IMG/VR virus record: IMGVR_UViG_3300002597_000001 | Coordinates: 44,779 to 108,778 of that record | From: a virus | Lineage: Duplodnaviria; Caudoviricetes | Reading direction: 5' to 3' (one strand) | Length of the DNA stretch: 64,000 nucleotides | In this document: positions 59,758-64,000 of the stretch, piece after piece | Position numbering within the stretch: the stretch's first letter is position 1 | Layout: each line of letters opens with the position of its first letter | Notes under the pieces: generated by a model | Database searches by the model: none | What the model was told of the DNA's origin: nothing | The model's input: only the letters and a program-made list of their open reading frames with translations | Made by a program: the position numbers and the translations under genes

Positions 59758-60768
59758 TTAAAACACCTCCACAACCATCATGGTATTCTTATAATCAACA
59801 TTCCCATCGCCCAAACGCAACACAAGTTCTGCACCAGATAGTTCATCGCTGTCTGGGACAGTAACGATACATTGAGCACCGTCGATTTGGACAGAAACAC
59901 CTTCCGGTGCTTCATATGTCCATACCGGGTTCTCGACAACACACACATCGTGGTTTGCATCATAGAACACACCGCTATATGTGCGCGTTGAGCCAAGCAT
60001 AATAGTGCTTCGCCCGCTGATTTCACATTCTAAGACGGCATCAGTATCATCGGCTGGTGCCAGTTCATCAGGCTCGATATAATCGCAGATCATCAGTTGC
60101 ACGTTATCCTTGCTGTGTACCTCCTCAGATGATTTGGCATTAAGCTCAAGCAGATGGGCACCTTCGCCATATCCGCCCTTTCCGAATTTCGTGCGACCAG
60201 TAATCACATACGCCTCCAAAATTTCGTTTCCGTGCTGGTCATACATAGTTCCAACCGCAAGCCGCTTGTCGATAAAGATCTTGTCTGTATCTTCATCGCT
60301 TGGGAGGTAGATTTTGAACTGCCTCTTCAAATACGTAATCGTGCCATCTGTGCCTGTGGTGGTAGAATATACACCAGAGTCCAAAACGCCATATCGCTCG
60401 ATAATGGTTGGACTCCAATTTTGGAAGCGGAATGTGACGTTACACATCCACGCAAGGCCAAGAATATATACCGGAGATTCCGATCTGGTTTGGACAACGA
60501 TAAAGTGCTCTCCGTTGGCCTCTATAATATCTCCGGGGTACAACTCGTCCCCTGGCATGGTGGTAATGTTGTATTTATATTTAACTTCACTGCCGGAAAT
60601 GATCATTGGCTGCACGACGCCATTCCTTTTAGCATCCACGACATAGTTAATTGAGCTTGTAAACTCTTCAGCAAGCATTTCCTGTGCATTCACAGCTTTA
60701 TACGTCGGCTCGTCGTGGATATCTAAGGTGTTTTGCACTGTACGAAAATAGCAAAGATCAAGATTCAT
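59758..60768 (-). CDS. putative head closure/neck protein with C-terminal Ig-like domain
   Basis: ATG 60768; L.PGD.I, CN....W; beta-rich C-terminus. Confidence 0.55.
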   Translation of the reverse strand: MNLDLCYFRTVQNTLDIHDEPTYKAVNAQEMLAEEFTSSINYVVDAKRNGVVQPMIISGSEVKYKYNITTMPGDELYPGDIIEANGEHFIVVQTRSESPVYILGLAWMCNVTFRFQNWSPTIIERYGVLDSGVYSTTTGTDGTITYLKRQFKIYLPSDEDTDKIFIDKRLAVGTMYDQHGNEILEAYVITGRTKFGKGGYGEGAHLLELNAKSSEEVHSKDNVQLMICDYIEPDELAPADDTDAVLECEISGRSTIMLGSTRTYSGVFYDANHDVCVVENPVWTYEAPEGVSVQIDGAQCIVTVPDSDELSGAELVLRLGDGNVDYKNTMMVVEVF

Positions 60769-61300
60769 AGAACTCACCAAGATCCCAATCCATAGAGGCA
60801 AAGTTAATCTGAGAATATCTGCCGGTAAGTCGGTCGGAATTTTTGTATACATCCAGCAAATAATCATTTCGCGCCTTGACGGATTCATACATTGATAGAA
60901 ATGTCTTTCGAGCATTCGAAGGATCAAATACACGAAGCTCTGTACCGGTAAAGTTCACGTTCAGAGTCTTCAAATGAGCAAAATCTCTTGCCATATATTG
61001 CTCGCACATAAGCGATGCCAACAGATATACTTCCCCAGCGGTCATATCAAAATCCCACACAAGATCCGTGGTTTCATCGCCATCTTCGGAAATTACCGTA
61101 ACTTGCTTTGGGGTAAAGTTTACGGATGGCATCCCCTCAAGCATCATGCGCCCGCATGCCTCAAGCAAGAAGCTTTTGGCACGGAACTTGGCAACTTCCA
61201 AACCCTCGTCCTCATCCACGCATCTGTAGTGGAAGAATTTCCTGTCCAGCTCTACACGCAACAGGAACGCATTAATTACATCAGAACTTGAAGTTGCCAT
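60758..61300 (-). CDS. putative head-tail adaptor
   Basis: Position after the capsid gene; AAGGAGG RBS. Confidence 0.55.
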   Translation of the reverse strand: MATSSSDVINAFLLRVELDRKFFHYRCVDEDEGLEVAKFRAKSFLLEACGRMMLEGMPSVNFTPKQVTVISEDGDETTDLVWDFDMTAGEVYLLASLMCEQYMARDFAHLKTLNVNFTGTELRVFDPSNARKTFLSMYESVKARNDYLLDVYKNSDRLTGRYSQINFASMDWDLGEFYES

Positions 61301-61311
61301 TTAGCGCCTCC

Positions 61312-62034
61312 TTATTCTTTTGGTGCGGGTGACTTAGTGGAACTCGTAGTTTTCTTCCGCTGGGTACTCGTTGATTTTGTTTGCCTTGTCTGAGTCGTCT
61401 TTGGTTTGACGGTATTGAGGTCTTCTCCAACAGCAGAGCCTTGCGTGGCGGTGGCTTGCGCCGCCGTAAGCTTGGCAATCATTGCCTTCATCTCTTCCAG
61501 TTGGGACTGGAGGTCCGCAACCCGTGCGTCATCAGCGGACTGCTTCTCCGCCTCAATCGGACGGACTTTGATCTCGGTCTTGCGCTTGTGTGCGACAAAC
61601 TCCTTATAACGAGCCTTCAATACATTCTCAACATTGCCAGACACACTAGCCCCGGCATTTGACAAACCGATATATGCGCCATAAATGCGGTCAAAATACA
61701 TTGGCTCCGTAATCTCCAAAATCCGCTCCAGATTTTCAACCGTCGGATTTAGGATAATTTCGTAAATATCACTATTGCGCAGAATATTCTTCCAATCCTT
61801 AATGTGGAGTTCATCATAGATGTCCTTCTCGTATTCTGGCTCGAAGAACAGCTTGCCAATCTTAAAGACCTTGGAAGTGCTATTGATATAAATGATCTCA
61901 TCAATGGTCAGCGGCAACATAGCGGGTTCATCATCGTTCCCAGCGGGTATCAGTTCGTTATGATTGCGAGTGGTAATTGCAATGGGGCTGGTATCATAAT
62001 TCAGCACCATATACGTTTTTGTTTTGTCAAGCAT
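61312..62034 (-). CDS. hypothetical head-module protein
   Basis: Coiled coil with K/T-rich tail. Confidence 0.65.
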   Translation of the reverse strand: MLDKTKTYMVLNYDTSPIAITTRNHNELIPAGNDDEPAMLPLTIDEIIYINSTSKVFKIGKLFFEPEYEKDIYDELHIKDWKNILRNSDIYEIILNPTVENLERILEITEPMYFDRIYGAYIGLSNAGASVSGNVENVLKARYKEFVAHKRKTEIKVRPIEAEKQSADDARVADLQSQLEEMKAMIAKLTAAQATATQGSAVGEDLNTVKPKTTQTRQTKSTSTQRKKTTSSTKSPAPKE

Positions 62035-62035
62035 C

Positions 62036-62233
62036 TTAAAATAAATCCCTCACTTTCGGGTATGTATTATTCTTAAAATCATTCAGCTCCGGTGTCGATT
62101 CAAACAGGTAAAAACGTGAATCGGATTTTGTGTTGACACCAACACAAATATATCGGAAGCCATTTGCTCTCAGCGCCCGCATCAGACGAGCTGAATAACA
62201 GTAAAAGTATTTGTGTTCCATAATCATCACCAA
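62036..62233 (-). CDS. DUF5659-like small protein
   Basis: FYCYS..L...L...GF.Y......F.LF....EL. Confidence 0.6.
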   Translation of the reverse strand: MVMIMEHKYFYCYSARLMRALRANGFRYICVGVNTKSDSRFYLFESTPELNDFKNNTYPKVRDLF

Positions 62234-62262
62234 TACCCTCCCCGCCGAAGCGGGGAGGAGGG
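62233..62262 (-). terminator. hairpin after the major capsid gene
   Basis: CTCCCCGC-TTCG-GCGGGGAG on the - strand. Confidence 0.6.
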
Positions 62263-62271
62263 TAGCCTTAA

Positions 62272-62863
62272 TTAGGCAATAACCATCTTGCAGACCTTCT
62301 CCAGAGTATCGTTGTTATAGGAGAAGCCATAGGTGAAGTCCTTAATCATGATGTGGATCTTCTCTTTGTTGTTATCCTCATCCTGATAGACATGCACGTC
62401 GCCCTTCATATCCAGCGTACCAATCTTACCGGCCACGCCAAACAGACGATTGTCAGGCACCAGAAGCTGAGAACCAACCTTCTTGGTGGAGTTGATGGGG
62501 AACAGATCGCAACCGTCATAAGAACCAAGCAGGCCAGTGCGATGCACTTCGTTCTTCATGTCCTCAGACACAAAGCCAGTCAGCTTGGAAGCAGCCTGGA
62601 TGTACTTGGTCAGGCCAACGATGGTCTTGTCGCCATCAGAGTTCTCCATCAGGTACAGAGCCATAGCATCCATAGAAGCCTGAGTAGGCAGGTTGCTGGA
62701 CTCACTGATATAGTTTGGAGCGCCAGAAGCAATAGCGGCATCAATGGCACCAAAGATGTCAAAGAAAAGGCTGTTCTTCAGAGCCGCCATACCATACTCA
62801 GTAAGCAGAGCAACAGTCTTCCAGCCATTGCGGCGCAGCTCCGCATAAGTGATATCAGTTTCT
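62272..62863 (-). CDS. major capsid protein, 3' exon
   Basis: ETDITYAELRRNGWK...G..G.YDG..L; biased codon use; frame opens at the intron omega-G. Confidence 0.75.
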
Positions 62864-64000
62864 CTGTTGTATTTAAGCTAATAGTTCGTCAATTATTGTT
62901 TCAATATTGTCATAATCCGTGTAGGGGATTCTAATCAGCATAATGCCGTTATTGCGACAATATTCATTTTTGATACTATCTCTCTTCTTTATCAGCTCGA
63001 ATTGTTTTTGAACCTTTTCGGCATCACCACAACCAAAATCGACAGGGAAGAAGTGTTGTTGCCCGTCGAATTCAATAACCATATTCATTTTGCTAATATA
63101 AAAATCAAATGGGAGCTTTCGTTTGTAGACACAATCATCGAATTTCTTCTGCCTCGTATACTCCAACCCATATTTCCTAAGCACTCGCCCAATCTCACGT
63201 TCTCCATGAGATTCGTTACAACCCGGACAGCCCCTTTGCCGCAATAGGGCATTAACAGATGAAGTCCATTTGCATCCGCATTTTCTGCAAGTACAGTTTA
63301 TTGGAGATTTGTTGTTTATGTATTCTCCATCAATGTCGATGTCTGGATTCACTTGCCAGACTTCCTTTTGCGCTTTCTCAAGAGTTTTTCTTGTCACTCC
63401 AGCACACTCAGGGCAACCCACACCATGTAATAGATGATGCGGTCTCGGATTCCACACATACCCACACTTTTTACACCCACACAAAACAGGTGTGTCGGTA
63501 TTAATATACTCTCCAAGTACCTCGATGAAAGGCTGTGTCTCACTCATCAACACTCTAAATGTTTTCGTTGTAAGACGCTCTTTTCCAGAACACCGAGGGC
63601 ACTTTTTCAATTTTGCAATAGAGTGGGCTTCTGGACTCCAGACATAGTGGCAATCCAAGCACTCAGTCAGTATTGGCTGATGCATGCCTTGATATTCAGA
63701 CAAGAACCTCAAGTGCGGATGAGTTATTCTCTTCGCGGCAACAAATTCTTCGTGTGTTATTTGCCTCGACATTAAACCTCTTTTCTGTTGTGAGTCCCTA
63801 CACTGACCCACATTTTGACGAACTAAACAGGCGCTACCCTGTGCTTGTTGCACATAGCAACCTCATGGTTTCCCATGAGCATAGACCATATCTTCACCCT
63901 GTCTGAATACAGGGGCGCACCACTTCGGGTATCAATCGCTTATACCCTACTTCCCTTAACGGGAATGGCCGTTGAACCTTCTCCTGTTCGGAGCTTGGCT
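62864..64000 (-). mobile_element. group I intron in the major capsid gene (5' part outside the window)
   Basis: GGTTCAACGGCCA...AAGATATGGTCT core at ~63890-63980; probable omega-G 62864. Confidence 0.85.
62873..63772 (-). CDS. intron-encoded endonuclease: Zn-ribbon repeats + Vsr/PD-(D/E)XK-like domain
   Basis: Three C..C..W...CP.C repeats; SHGE, FDFY, IEFDGQQH, RD..K...LIRIPY; ATG 63772. Confidence 0.85.
   Translation of the reverse strand: MSRQITHEEFVAAKRITHPHLRFLSEYQGMHQPILTECLDCHYVWSPEAHSIAKLKKCPRCSGKERLTTKTFRVLMSETQPFIEVLGEYINTDTPVLCGCKKCGYVWNPRPHHLLHGVGCPECAGVTRKTLEKAQKEVWQVNPDIDIDGEYINNKSPINCTCRKCGCKWTSSVNALLRQRGCPGCNESHGEREIGRVLRKYGLEYTRQKKFDDCVYKRKLPFDFYISKMNMVIEFDGQQHFFPVDFGCGDAEKVQKQFELIKKRDSIKNEYCRNNGIMLIRIPYTDYDNIETIIDELLA

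Overview
The window is a 64-kb slice of a large temperate siphovirus-type phage of a Bacillota host (probably Clostridia). The + arm (1-23.3 kb) carries small accessory ORFs, a Stealth-like protein, SSB, a free-standing HNH endonuclease, a PD-(D/E)XK exonuclease, NrdH/NrdD/NrdG, dUTPase, primase-helicase, DNA Pol III alpha, HU and a ThyX-like protein. It continues with a 1.5-kb RNA operon (tRNA-Thr, -Gln, -Ser, -Pro interleaved with unexplained structured RNAs, three ending in stem+N+CCA), then Tn916-type xis/int and an apparently intact attP. The - arm (24-64 kb) is the late region: 3' part of the major capsid gene, neck/tail genes, a RecU-like nuclease, a ~2579-aa tape measure protein in three exons, Dit, a large tail protein, tail fibres with an oppositely oriented Xer-like recombinase, two holins and two endolysins. 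Five group I introns are visible, in nrdD, the CHAP lysin, the tape measure gene (two) and the capsid gene. Four have both junctions in the window and restore the frame; the capsid intron is cut by the window edge. One tape-measure intron is a complete IStron (group I intron + TnpA + TnpB). The most unusual signals are the CCA-terminated non-tRNA RNAs, the IStron in an essential virion gene, a 22-nt complement of the int leader on the far arm of attP, and a possible ON/OFF inversion of a receptor-binding domain. All calls were made by eye; no database searches were run.
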